Shown in pieces: positions 1 to 9,114 of a stretch of 64,000 nt of DNA. Every line of letters begins with the position of its first letter. Position 1 is the stretch's first letter. Where the stretch lies: positions 1 to 64,000 of the forward strand of contig CAZSOZ010000004.1 of assembly GCA_964608675.1 (NCBI GenBank). The letters run 5' to 3'. The notes under the pieces were generated by a model, which made no database searches, was not told where the DNA came from, and worked only from the letters and a program-made list of their open reading frames with translations. Both the position numbers and the translations under genes were made by a program. Source of the DNA: an uncultured archaeon (GTDB lineage Archaea > Iainarchaeota > Iainarchaeia > Iainarchaeales > 1-14-0-10-31-34).

Positions 1-664
1 ATTCTTTATGCAGTTCCGGAATTAAATCGCTTCCTGCAATATAAATAAAGTTTCCTGCTGCAAACGGAAGCAAAAACATCAATAAGTTTTCTATTTTAGT
101 TGAAATCAATATAACTGTTATTGCTCCAAGTAATGCACCTAAAGCTGAAAGAAAATTCATTAACAATGCTTTTTTTCTTGTAAATCCTGAATGAATTAAT
201 ACTCCAAAATCTCCTATTTCTTGGGGTATTTCATGGAAGATTACTGCAATTGTTGCTGCAATACCTAAAGTAGTGTTAGCCAAATATGCTCCTGCAATAA
301 TCATTCCGTCAATGAAATTATGTATTCCATCTCCAATTAAATTCATGTATCCAAAGCTTTTCAATTCACATTTTCCTGCAGGAAAATTATGGCAGTGATG
401 CCAGTGAATTGTTTTTTCAATTAAAAAAAACACTGCAATTCCTGAAAGCAAGTACAATGAAATTTCTGTTTCAAAACCGAATTCTTTTACTGCTTCAGGC
501 AATAAATGCAGGAATGCTCCTCCAAACAGTGAGCCCGCAGAAAAACTAACTAAATACAAAACTATTTTGCTTAAGAGTTCTTTATTTAATCCAAGAGTAA
601 TTATTCCAATAAAAGACATTAAACTGACAATTAAAACGCTTCCAAAAATATAAATTAGTTCCAT
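1..664 (-). CDS. ZIP-family divalent metal (Zn) transporter, 3' end truncated by window edge
   Basis: Manual translation from ATG at 664 gives METNLYIFGSVLIVSLMSFIG...FSAGSLFGGAFLHLLPEA...HWHHCH...GDGIHNFIDG...FHEIPQEIGDFG, which are ZIP signatures. Confidence 0.9.
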   Translation of the reverse strand, partial: MELIYIFGSVLIVSLMSFIGIITLGLNKELLSKIVLYLVSFSAGSLFGGAFLHLLPEAVKEFGFETEISLYLLSGIAVFFLIEKTIHWHHCHNFPAGKCELKSFGYMNLIGDGIHNFIDGMIIAGAYLANTTLGIAATIAVIFHEIPQEIGDFGVLIHSGFTRKKALLMNFLSALGALLGAITVILISTKIENLLMFLLPFAAGNFIYIAGSDLIPELHKE

Positions 665-684
665 TTAGTATTATTAAATTAAAT

Positions 685-1476
685 TCAATTTAAATTATTT
701 GTGTATTTATAGTAAGCAACTAAAATTCCTTTTTCATTTCTTAAAAATAATTGGTCTCTGTTATTGTTCCATATATTTCCTTTTTTCCAGTAAAACTCGT
801 TTTTTGAATTTTCTCCGTAACCAGAATAAACTCTCACAAAACTTTTTGCTTTTAATTTTATTGCAGGAAAAAAATATTGGTTTGTGGCTTCATCTTTTAA
901 ATAAAATCCGTTTAAGTCAATAGAATAATTGCAGTCATTTGAAAACTCTGCAAATTCTCCTGTGAATTTGTTTTGATTGAATTCAAAGCCTGTAAGTGAA
1001 ATGCATTTGTCTAAAAAGTATTGTTCTTTTGATTCTTTCCATAAACATTCTTTTTTTTCTTTCATTGCTTTTTCTTGTAATTTCATTAATTCAGGAATGT
1101 TTTCATAAGAATAATAATGAGCCAGCCCTTGCTCTAAAAGCATTTTGTTTATGCTTTTTCCTTGAATGCAAATGTTTCCTAAAAGTCTTCCATACCTGTC
1201 AAATTCATTTCCTTGAACTAAAATTTGTTTTCCTAAAACTTGTTTTTTTAGAAAATCTTTTGCTTCCTGAAAACAGGCTTCGTTTTTTTCAGGAGTGTTT
1301 ATTCCTTTTAATCTTATTTTTGTCTTTCCTGCTTCAATTGTGTCTCCGTCTATTATTCTTGAAACAGTAAATGTTTTTCCTTGAATGCAGTTGAATTCAT
1401 TTTTTTGTTCAATGCATCCAAACAAAAAAATTAAAGTCACAGCTAAAATCAATAAAAAAATTTGTTTTTTTTGCAT
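685..1476 (-). CDS. Lipoprotein with thermonuclease (SNase) domain and C-terminal lamin-tail domain
   Basis: LFGC lipobox; IIDGDTI, IRLKGINTPE and DRYGRLLG SNase motifs; EFAEFSN..IDLNGFYLKD..IWNNNRDQLFLRN lamin-tail pattern. Confidence 0.85.
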   Translation of the reverse strand: MQKKQIFLLILAVTLIFLFGCIEQKNEFNCIQGKTFTVSRIIDGDTIEAGKTKIRLKGINTPEKNEACFQEAKDFLKKQVLGKQILVQGNEFDRYGRLLGNICIQGKSINKMLLEQGLAHYYSYENIPELMKLQEKAMKEKKECLWKESKEQYFLDKCISLTGFEFNQNKFTGEFAEFSNDCNYSIDLNGFYLKDEATNQYFFPAIKLKAKSFVRVYSGYGENSKNEFYWKKGNIWNNNRDQLFLRNEKGILVAYYKYTNNLN

Positions 1477-1509
1477 AGGTTATTTAATTAATTCATGTAA
1501 ACTTTTTTT

Positions 1510-1812
1510 ATGGATTCTTTTCAGCAGGCAGTTTACTGGCTTATTGCAGGCTCTAAAGGAGGAATCAACAGAGCAAAAATTTTGTTTGCTTTGGAAAAAG
1601 AGCCAATGAACTCTAATGTTTTGAGCAAGAAAATGAAGGTGGATTATAAAACAATTCAGCATCATATTTCTCTTCTTTTAGAAAATCATTTGATTGTAAA
1701 AACAGGAAGCAAGTATGGCCAAGTTTTTTTTGTTTCCCCACAATTAAAGGAAAACTGGAGTTTGCTTAAAAAATTGTTTGAAAAGAAAATTTTAAAGGAG
1801 GAAAAAAAATGA
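1510..1812 (+). CDS. ArsR-like winged-helix transcriptional regulator
   Basis: WLIAGSKGGINRAKIL...PMNSNVLSKKMKVDYKTIQHHISLL, typical archaeal wHTH. Confidence 0.85.
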   Translation: MDSFQQAVYWLIAGSKGGINRAKILFALEKEPMNSNVLSKKMKVDYKTIQHHISLLLENHLIVKTGSKYGQVFFVSPQLKENWSLLKKLFEKKILKEEKK

Positions 1813-2222
1813 AATCAAAGAATTTAATGCAGACAGCAGGAGTTTTGATTGCAGCAGTTTTACTTATTTTTGTTTTGTCTTTTTTTTTGAATGCAGTTTT
1901 TCCTGAAAGAATGGGAAGAGGGATGTTTTTGTTTTTTGAGAAATTCATAATGTTTAAAGTAATTCTTTCTTCAATTAATGCTTTTTTATTGATTTATTTG
2001 ATTTATAATTATGTTTCTGTTTACAATGAAATTAAATCACAGTTTTCTTTGGGTTTAATTGTAATTGCTTTGGCTTTGTTTGCTTATGCAATAACAGATA
2101 ATCCTTTTTTTCATTTGATTTTTGGTTTAAGAGGACCTGCCGGTTTAGGAGCATTTAATATAATTCCTTCGCTTTTCACTTTAATTGCAGTGTTAGTTTT
2201 AATTTATTTAAGCAGAAAATAA
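1809..2222 (+). CDS. Small multi-pass membrane protein co-transcribed with the wHTH regulator
   Basis: About 4 hydrophobic segments; ATGA-type overlap with the upstream gene. Confidence 0.75.
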   Translation: MKSKNLMQTAGVLIAAVLLIFVLSFFLNAVFPERMGRGMFLFFEKFIMFKVILSSINAFLLIYLIYNYVSVYNEIKSQFSLGLIVIALALFAYAITDNPFFHLIFGLRGPAGLGAFNIIPSLFTLIAVLVLIYLSRK

Positions 2223-2279
2223 AAAAAAAGAGAAGGGGAAGAAGAATAAATCTTCTTCTGTTTAGAGGAATTCTAAATT

Positions 2280-2837
2280 TTATTCTGTTGCTGTTTCAGC
2301 AAAAGGACAGTTTCCTTTTCTCATGCCTTTTTCTATTCCGTGCATTCCCTTGAATTTGCTTTTTTTAAACCCGTTTTCTATTCCTAGTTGTTCTCTGATT
2401 GATTGAGCGGTTTCAAAGTCTTGGGATTGTATTGCAGAATGCATTTCAGAAAACAAGAAAAAATTGTTTTCATTGATTACTGAAAGCATTTCTGTATTTC
2501 TTGGATTATTGTTTTCTTTCATTAATGCTTTCCAAGCCGTAAAATCATTGTTTTCTATTGCTGTTTGGATTTCTTCCTGCATTAACTGCATTTCTTTCCG
2601 GTTCTGGTTTCTTTCCTGCATTCTTTCTTTTATTGCATTAAAGTTTTCTTCAGTTAAATTGTTTTCCTGCAACTGCTTCCATGCCTGAAAGTCATTGTTT
2701 TCTATTGCTGTCTGCATTTGCTGTCTGGTTTCTGAATCAAATTCTGTTCCTGTTCCAAAGTTTCCTCTAAAAGCCATTGCAGTTCCTGCTGCAAGCAGTA
2801 CAAAAAGGATTCCTACTACAAGTATTTTGTTATTCAT
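2280..2837 (-). CDS. Secreted helical protein with internal repeats
   Basis: GAGGTGA RBS before ATG 2837; signal peptide ending AMA; repeats TAIENNDFQAWK, TAIENNDFTAWK and SAIQSQDFETA. Confidence 0.75.
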   Translation of the reverse strand: MNNKILVVGILFVLLAAGTAMAFRGNFGTGTEFDSETRQQMQTAIENNDFQAWKQLQENNLTEENFNAIKERMQERNQNRKEMQLMQEEIQTAIENNDFTAWKALMKENNNPRNTEMLSVINENNFFLFSEMHSAIQSQDFETAQSIREQLGIENGFKKSKFKGMHGIEKGMRKGNCPFAETATE

Positions 2838-2945
2838 TTTTTCACCTCGCAAAAGTTTAATACTAAAATAATTATTTTGAGGCATTTAAATAGAATTTTC
2901 CGGTTTTAAACCCAAATTCAGCCGTAATTTTTGAAGAAACAGTTT

Positions 2946-4157
2946 TTATTTTTTGAATTTTTTCATTTCCATTTTTTTGAATAATTTAATGTAGTCCATT
3001 AAATGCCTTGTAATTAAAAAATTATTTTTTACGTGTTCTTTTCCTTGTTTTCCGAGTTTTTTTCCTAGTTTTGGGTTTTCAACTATTTGAATTATTTTTT
3101 TGGCACATGTTTGAGGGGTATCAGCTAAAAAACCGGTTTTTCCGTTTAAAACTTGTAATGGAATTCCTCCTACATTGCTTGCAATAACTGGTGTTTCTTT
3201 CCATAATGCTTCGCTTATAGTTAAAGCAAATCCTTCTCTTATGGATTTTTGTATTACTGCATCAGAGCTTCTTTGCAGAACGTTAACCAAAAAACTGTTG
3301 TTTTCTGTTAAAAGAGTTATTGATTTATCATGGTTGACCATGGCTTTTATTTTATCGTAAACTTTTTTTCCTTCAGGGTCGTCGTCTGCCGTGTTTCCAA
3401 GAAGAATCAGTTTGCAGTCTGTTTTCTTTTTTGCAAGCCGAAAAGCTTTTATTGTTCCAGGAAAATCTTTCCATTTATCAAATCTTGCAATCATTGAAAT
3501 TATTGGTTTGTCTAAATCAATGCCTCTTTTTGAAAGAAATTTTTTGCATTTTGCTTCTTTTACTTCTTTGTTTTTTTCATTTAATGGGTCTATTGAAGGA
3601 TGAATTATTTGATGAGGGTTTTTTAATTTTTGAACAAATTTTTCGTGTGAAAAAATCACTGAATCATATTTTTCCACGAATTTTTTAAGGTACTGCCATA
3701 CTTCAGGATTTGGATGAGATAAATCTAAATGCAGCCTCCAAATCCATGAATGTTTTTTGTTGTAGTATTTAATTAAAGGAAGAGGCTGAGGGTCATGAAC
3801 TATTACGTAATCATGGTCTTCTATGTGCTGAATGGATGAGTTTCTTTCATTGTATTCTTCGTATATTTTCTTTTTTATTTTGCTTAAATTTATTTTTTCT
3901 CCGTGCATTGCATTATGGAATTTTTTTGTTATTCCAAAAAAATCAGGGGAGCCTGTTATTACTCTCCAGCCTGTTTTCATTCCTGTATCGTTCATTAAGT
4001 AAGCTAAACTGTTTAAGAGTTCTGCTACTCCTCCGCCGTAATGAGTTGAACTAATGTGAACAAAGTGTCTTTCTTTTAATGGCTCGGATTCAGCATAAAT
4101 TTTTTCAAGTTTTTCTTTTCCTATTATTGACTTATATTTTGGAAGAAATTTCATCAT
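2946..4157 (-). CDS. treT: TreT-like glycosyltransferring trehalose synthase (GT4)
   Basis: HISSTHYGGGVAELL, TKKFHNAMHG, VHDPQP, WRLHLD, RFDKWKD, DDPEG and EGFALTISEALWK motifs. Confidence 0.85.
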   Translation of the reverse strand: MMKFLPKYKSIIGKEKLEKIYAESEPLKERHFVHISSTHYGGGVAELLNSLAYLMNDTGMKTGWRVITGSPDFFGITKKFHNAMHGEKINLSKIKKKIYEEYNERNSSIQHIEDHDYVIVHDPQPLPLIKYYNKKHSWIWRLHLDLSHPNPEVWQYLKKFVEKYDSVIFSHEKFVQKLKNPHQIIHPSIDPLNEKNKEVKEAKCKKFLSKRGIDLDKPIISMIARFDKWKDFPGTIKAFRLAKKKTDCKLILLGNTADDDPEGKKVYDKIKAMVNHDKSITLLTENNSFLVNVLQRSSDAVIQKSIREGFALTISEALWKETPVIASNVGGIPLQVLNGKTGFLADTPQTCAKKIIQIVENPKLGKKLGKQGKEHVKNNFLITRHLMDYIKLFKKMEMKKFKK

Positions 4158-4205
4158 ATTTTTTAGGAAAGCAATCTTTAAATTAATTGCCTTTTTTTTT
4201 CAGTT

Positions 4206-6176
4206 TTATTGCTTTAATTTTTTTATTATTTCTTTGACGCCTTTTATTGAAGGATTTTCTGTTGTCTGGTTTGCAAGTTTTTTGAGTTTTTCGTCTGCGT
4301 TGGCTAATGCAACTTTAAAGCCGGGATTAACAAACATATCTATGTCGTTTTCTCCGTCTGCAATTACAATGGTTTTTTCTAAATCTATATTTAAGTATTT
4401 TGCTGCAAGCCTTACTCCCATTCCTTTATCTACTCCTTTTGGCAGAGTCATTATTTCGTCTACGTTTTGAATGAATTGAAGTTCTTCTGTTAGTTTGCCT
4501 AATGCTTTTTTTATTTTTTCTTTGTCTTCAAGCCTGTTGCTGGTTATAACTTTTCCTATTGTTGTTTTCGGCAAATTTAATTTTTTGATTATTTTTTTTG
4601 CTTTGTTCATGTATTTTGTGTTTATTACAAATGTTTTTGTTGTTCTAGGAAAAAATATTACTGCTCCGTTTTCTGCTACAATACATCTCCAAATATTTAT
4701 TTTTTTTGATAATTCTTTAACGTAATCAAATGGCCTGCCTGTTGCAAGAAACAAGTCTTTTTCAAGTTTTTTTAATTCATTTAATAATTTTATGTCTAAA
4801 TCTTTTTTGTCGAAAACTGCTTTTGGAGGCTTGTCTGTTATTGTTCTGTCAAAATCTGTTATTATTGCTTTTATTTCAGAGAAATCAAGGTGTTCTATTT
4901 TGTGGAATTCATTTTTTTCTTTTATTAGTTTGTTGTAGAGCATTAAATGTTTTTCTATTCCTTTTTCCATTTTGAATTCTTCTTCGATTATTTTAAGAGA
5001 GTTTTCTGACATTTTTTTTGCTAGTTTTTCGTCTGAAAGCACTTTAATTATTTTTTTTGAGGTATCTTTGACTGCGCCTGCTTTAACTAAATAACCATTT
5101 TTTCCGTTTTTTATTTGCAGGGGAATTCCCCCTACTTTTGTGCCTATTACTGGTTTTCCGCAGGCCATTCCTTCGCTTACACTTAACCCGAATCCTTCGT
5201 TTTTTGAACATAATGCAATTAAATCAACTGAATTGTATACTTCCGGAAGAAGAGTGTATTCAATGTTTCCTAAAAACAAGACTTTTTTTTGTAAATCTAA
5301 TTTTTTTACTAGATTTTTTACTTTTTTTGCCAGTGTTTCTCTTTCTTTTGATAGTTTGGAACTCATTGATTTTTCTCCGACAAAAACCAGTTTTGCATCA
5401 GGAATTTTTTTTAAAATTTTTGGCATTGATTTAATTAATTGTTCGTGTCCTGATTTTGAATCAACTCTTTGAACTGAAAGAATTATTTTTCCTTTTTTTG
5501 GAATTCCATATTTTTCTTTGGTTTTTTCTTTGTTGATTTCCATGGGCTTAAATAAATCTGTGTTTGCAATCGGATAAATTAATTCAGTTTTTTCTTTTAG
5601 CAGTCCTTTTTTTACTGCTGCTTTAATGTATTCAGGTGAAGAAAAAACTATTTTGTCGTATTCGTTTAAGTGTTTTATTAAAAAGTCTGACAAATGTTTT
5701 GACATTTTTGTGCTGAAGGGAATATGCCATGTTAAAATTAATGGTGTTCCTCTTGGAACATATTTGTATGTAAACAATAATTGAAAGTCATGTATGTGCA
5801 CGATGTCTGCAGGAGATTGTTCAAGCAGTTCTTTTAGTTCTTCTCCGAAATATTCATTGACTTGGTTGTAGTTTTCGTATCCTGGCATTTGATGAGCAGG
5901 TTTATTGAATTCGCTTTCTTTGTAGTGGCTTCCTTTGTATACTGCTTCTTTGAATTTGCTGTATTCCTGCATTATTTCTTTGTTGATTGGTTCTTTTGGA
6001 ACACGATGAATGTCTATTCCTTTTATTTCTGCTTTGTTTTCTTCTCCTGAAGGCCTTAAATGAACTTCAACTACGTCGTTTCCTTTTTTTACTATTTCGT
6101 TTGCTAGATTTAAAAGATAAGTGGATACTCCTCCTATATGAGGATAAAAAGACTGGCTTGCAAAATATATTTTCAT
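4206..6176 (-). CDS. GT4 glycosyltransferase fused to C-terminal HAD-II phosphatase
   Basis: GT-B motifs GGVSTY, HIHDFQ and EGFGLSVSEGMACG; HAD motifs DFDRT, ATGR, ENGA, DKG and DGENDIDM. Confidence 0.85.
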   Translation of the reverse strand: MKIYFASQSFYPHIGGVSTYLLNLANEIVKKGNDVVEVHLRPSGEENKAEIKGIDIHRVPKEPINKEIMQEYSKFKEAVYKGSHYKESEFNKPAHQMPGYENYNQVNEYFGEELKELLEQSPADIVHIHDFQLLFTYKYVPRGTPLILTWHIPFSTKMSKHLSDFLIKHLNEYDKIVFSSPEYIKAAVKKGLLKEKTELIYPIANTDLFKPMEINKEKTKEKYGIPKKGKIILSVQRVDSKSGHEQLIKSMPKILKKIPDAKLVFVGEKSMSSKLSKERETLAKKVKNLVKKLDLQKKVLFLGNIEYTLLPEVYNSVDLIALCSKNEGFGLSVSEGMACGKPVIGTKVGGIPLQIKNGKNGYLVKAGAVKDTSKKIIKVLSDEKLAKKMSENSLKIIEEEFKMEKGIEKHLMLYNKLIKEKNEFHKIEHLDFSEIKAIITDFDRTITDKPPKAVFDKKDLDIKLLNELKKLEKDLFLATGRPFDYVKELSKKINIWRCIVAENGAVIFFPRTTKTFVINTKYMNKAKKIIKKLNLPKTTIGKVITSNRLEDKEKIKKALGKLTEELQFIQNVDEIMTLPKGVDKGMGVRLAAKYLNIDLEKTIVIADGENDIDMFVNPGFKVALANADEKLKKLANQTTENPSIKGVKEIIKKLKQ

Positions 6177-6288
6177 TTTTTATCTCTTTTAATATACAAA
6201 AAGATTGTTATTATAAAATTAAAGTTTTTAAGGCAGTTTAATGCATTTCTTTTAAATTCTTATTCCAATTAATTTTTTGTGTGGTTTA

Positions 6289-7503
6289 ATGAAAAGAAAA
6301 AGCATTCCTGTTAAAGTAGGAAATATTGTTATTGGAGGAAACAATCCTGTTGTAATTCAATCAATGACAAACACGCCTACAGAAAACATTAAGGCAAGCG
6401 TTTTGCAGATAAAAGAATTAGCTGATGCAGGAAGCGAATTAGTAAGGCTTACAGTAAAAGATGATATTGGAGCAAAAGCAATTCCTGAAATCAAGAAATC
6501 TTTAATTAATGAAGGATATGAAATTCCTTTGATTGGAGACTTTCATTATAATGGTCATGTCTTGCTTACAAAATATTCTAAGTGTGCTGAAGCTTTAAGT
6601 AAATTCAGAATTAATCCAGGTAATGTTGGATTTGGAAAAAACAAGGATGAAAATTTTGAAGCAATGATTAAAACTGCAGTGAATACAGGCACTCCAATCA
6701 GAATCGGAGTCAATTGGGGTTCGTTGGATCAAACAGTTTTAAAGAAATTAATGGATGAAAACGCAGGAAAAGGAAACCCTAAAACAAATAATGAAGTTTT
6801 AATTGATTCTATTGTTGCAAGCGCACTTGAAAGCACTCAGAAAGCAAATGATTTGGGTTTAGAAAACAACATGATTGTTTTGTCTGCTAAAAGTTCAAGG
6901 GTTCCTGATATGATTAAAGCTTATGAACTGCTGGCAGAAAAATGCAGTAATTCTCTTCATTTAGGAGTTACAGAAGCAGGAGGAGGAATCAAAGGAGCAG
7001 TTCATACTGCTTCGGGTTTAAGTGTTTTGTTAAACAAGGGAATCGGAGATACAATCAGGTGTTCGTTGACTCCAACTCCTGATTCAAAGAGAACCGATGA
7101 AGTTAAAGTCTGCAGGCATGTGCTTCAAAGCCTTAAACTGCGTGCTTTTTGTCCTGAAGTCACTTCTTGTCCGGGATGCGGAAGAACTACAAGCAAAGTT
7201 TTTCAGGAAATTGCTTTAAGTATTCAAAATTTTTTGGAAGAAAAAACTCTTGAATGGAAATTAAAGGGATTCAAGGGCTTTGAAGGAATGGAAGTTGCAG
7301 TAATGGGATGTATTGTAAACGGCCCCGGAGAAAGCAGGAATGCAAACATTGGTTTAAGTCTGCCTGGAGCAGGAGAAACTCCTTCTTGTCCGGTTTATAT
7401 TGACGGAAAACAAACTGCGGTCTTGAAAGGAAACACTAAAAAATTAACTAAGGAATTCAAAAAATTAATTCAAGAGTATGTTGAAAAACACTACAAAAAT
7501 TAA
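6289..7503 (+). CDS. ispG: (E)-4-hydroxy-3-methylbut-2-enyl diphosphate synthase IspG/GcpE
   Basis: IQSMTNT, GDFHYN, RINPGN, RIGVNWGSL, HLGVTEAG, GIGDTIR, SCPGCGRT and VMGCIVNGPGE (3 Cys plus Glu Fe-S ligands). Confidence 0.97.
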   Translation: MKRKSIPVKVGNIVIGGNNPVVIQSMTNTPTENIKASVLQIKELADAGSELVRLTVKDDIGAKAIPEIKKSLINEGYEIPLIGDFHYNGHVLLTKYSKCAEALSKFRINPGNVGFGKNKDENFEAMIKTAVNTGTPIRIGVNWGSLDQTVLKKLMDENAGKGNPKTNNEVLIDSIVASALESTQKANDLGLENNMIVLSAKSSRVPDMIKAYELLAEKCSNSLHLGVTEAGGGIKGAVHTASGLSVLLNKGIGDTIRCSLTPTPDSKRTDEVKVCRHVLQSLKLRAFCPEVTSCPGCGRTTSKVFQEIALSIQNFLEEKTLEWKLKGFKGFEGMEVAVMGCIVNGPGESRNANIGLSLPGAGETPSCPVYIDGKQTAVLKGNTKKLTKEFKKLIQEYVEKHYKN

Positions 7504-8354
7504 ACTGTAAAAGTTTCTATTGCTGTAGGATAACTTTTTTTGAGTTCTTTAATTGTTTTTTTTGACTCTTTTTCTGTTTTTGGAAAACAGAACACAGTGC
7601 TTCCTGAACCGCTCATTAAAGCATTAAAAGAATTTTTTTTCATTTTTTCTTTTAGTTTTTTTATTTCAGGAAAATCTTTTAAAACAGAGAATTCAAAATC
7701 GTTGTGCATTAATCCTGCAAGTTCTTGAATTTTTCTTTTTTTTTCTATTTCTTTTTTTAGTGTTCTTGAAGCAAGAGTTTTTCCTGATTTTTTATAGTTT
7801 ATTTTTGAATAGGCTTTTGGAGTGGAAACAGGTATTCCGGGATTGCAGATTAAAATCCTTGTTTTTGGGAAAGATTTTATTGGCAGAATTTTTTCTCCTC
7901 TTCCTGAAGCAAAAGCAGTTTTGCCGTATAAAAAGAAAGATGTATCCATTCCAATGCTTTCAGCTGTTTTTTGCATTTCTTTTTTTTTCATTTTTAACTG
8001 CCATAATTCATTTAATCCTTTTATTGTTGCGGCTGCATTACTGCTTCCTCCTCCAAGACCTCCTGCTACAGGAATTTTTTTGTTTATTTTAATTTGAATT
8101 CCTTGTTTGACTTCAAATTTTGTTTTAATTAATTCTGTTGTTTTCCAGCATAAATTTTTTTCGTTTAATGGAATTTCTTTTTTATTGCATTCAATTTTAA
8201 TTTTGTTTTCTTTTAATTCTTTTAAGGTAATTTCGTCTTTTAATTCGAGTTCCTGCATTATCATTTCTAATTCATGATAGCCGTCTTTTCTTTTTTTAAT
8301 TATGTCCAGAGTTAAATTGACTTTTGCAGGAGAATCAATTTTTAGTTCTTTCAT
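7500..8354 (-). CDS. ispE: 4-diphosphocytidyl-2-C-methyl-D-erythritol kinase IspE
   Basis: SPAKVNLTLDI..R.DGYHEL, KIPVAGGLGGGSSNAA, GMDTSFF, GRGEK, VSTPKAY, HNDFE and MSGSGSTVF. Confidence 0.95.
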   Translation of the reverse strand: MKELKIDSPAKVNLTLDIIKKRKDGYHELEMIMQELELKDEITLKELKENKIKIECNKKEIPLNEKNLCWKTTELIKTKFEVKQGIQIKINKKIPVAGGLGGGSSNAAATIKGLNELWQLKMKKKEMQKTAESIGMDTSFFLYGKTAFASGRGEKILPIKSFPKTRILICNPGIPVSTPKAYSKINYKKSGKTLASRTLKKEIEKKRKIQELAGLMHNDFEFSVLKDFPEIKKLKEKMKKNSFNALMSGSGSTVFCFPKTEKESKKTIKELKKSYPTAIETFTV

Positions 8355-9006
8355 TTAAATCACTGTATTCTATTATTCTTACGTCGACTGCAAGAACTTC
8401 TTTTTCGTTTGCAATTAATGGATTAATATCTATTTCTTTTATTTTTTCTTTCATCATTAAATTATTTACTTTTATTAAATTGTTTTCTAGTTCTTTGAAA
8501 TTAATGCTTTTTTGTCCGCGGATTCCTTTTAGAATCGGATAACCTTTGATTTCGGTTATCATTTCTTTTGCGTCTTTTTTTGTTATTGGACAAATTCTTA
8601 TTGAAACGTCTTTCATTAATTCAACAAAAATTCCTCCCAATCCAAACAAAATTACGGGGCCAAATTGTCTGTCTTGTTTTCCTCCGATTATTACTTGTTT
8701 TCCTTTAATGAATTTTTGTATAAACATTCCTTGTATTTCTGCTTTTGGAGCATTTTTTTTAATGTTCTTTAAAATTAAATCATATTTTTTTTGTGCTGTT
8801 TTTTTGTTGGGTATTTTAAGTTCTACTCCGCCTACATCGCTTTTGTGGCTTATTTCTTTTGAAATTATTTTTAGGGTTATTGGGTACCCTATTTTTTTTG
8901 CTGTTTTCAGCATTTCTTTTTTTGTTTTAACCAGTTTTCCTTTTACAAATTTTATTCCATGTCTTTCAATTAATTTTTTTGATTCAATAAAATTCATTTT
9001 AATCAT
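8335..9006 (-). CDS. ADP-forming acetate-CoA ligase beta (ATP-grasp) subunit
   Basis: GYPITLKI.S..ISHKSDVGGV, DRQFGPVILFGLGGIFVE, LKGIRG and EIDINPL. Confidence 0.9.
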   Translation of the reverse strand: MIKMNFIESKKLIERHGIKFVKGKLVKTKKEMLKTAKKIGYPITLKIISKEISHKSDVGGVELKIPNKKTAQKKYDLILKNIKKNAPKAEIQGMFIQKFIKGKQVIIGGKQDRQFGPVILFGLGGIFVELMKDVSIRICPITKKDAKEMITEIKGYPILKGIRGQKSINFKELENNLIKVNNLMMKEKIKEIDINPLIANEKEVLAVDVRIIEYSDLNERTKN

Positions 9007-9114
9007 TTGATTTAAGTGTTTTAGTTAATTTAAATTTTTATGTTCAAAAAACACATTATTTTAAATTAAACCCTTCTTTTTTTATTTAAAATAAAAAAAA
9101 AGAGGTATTTTTTT

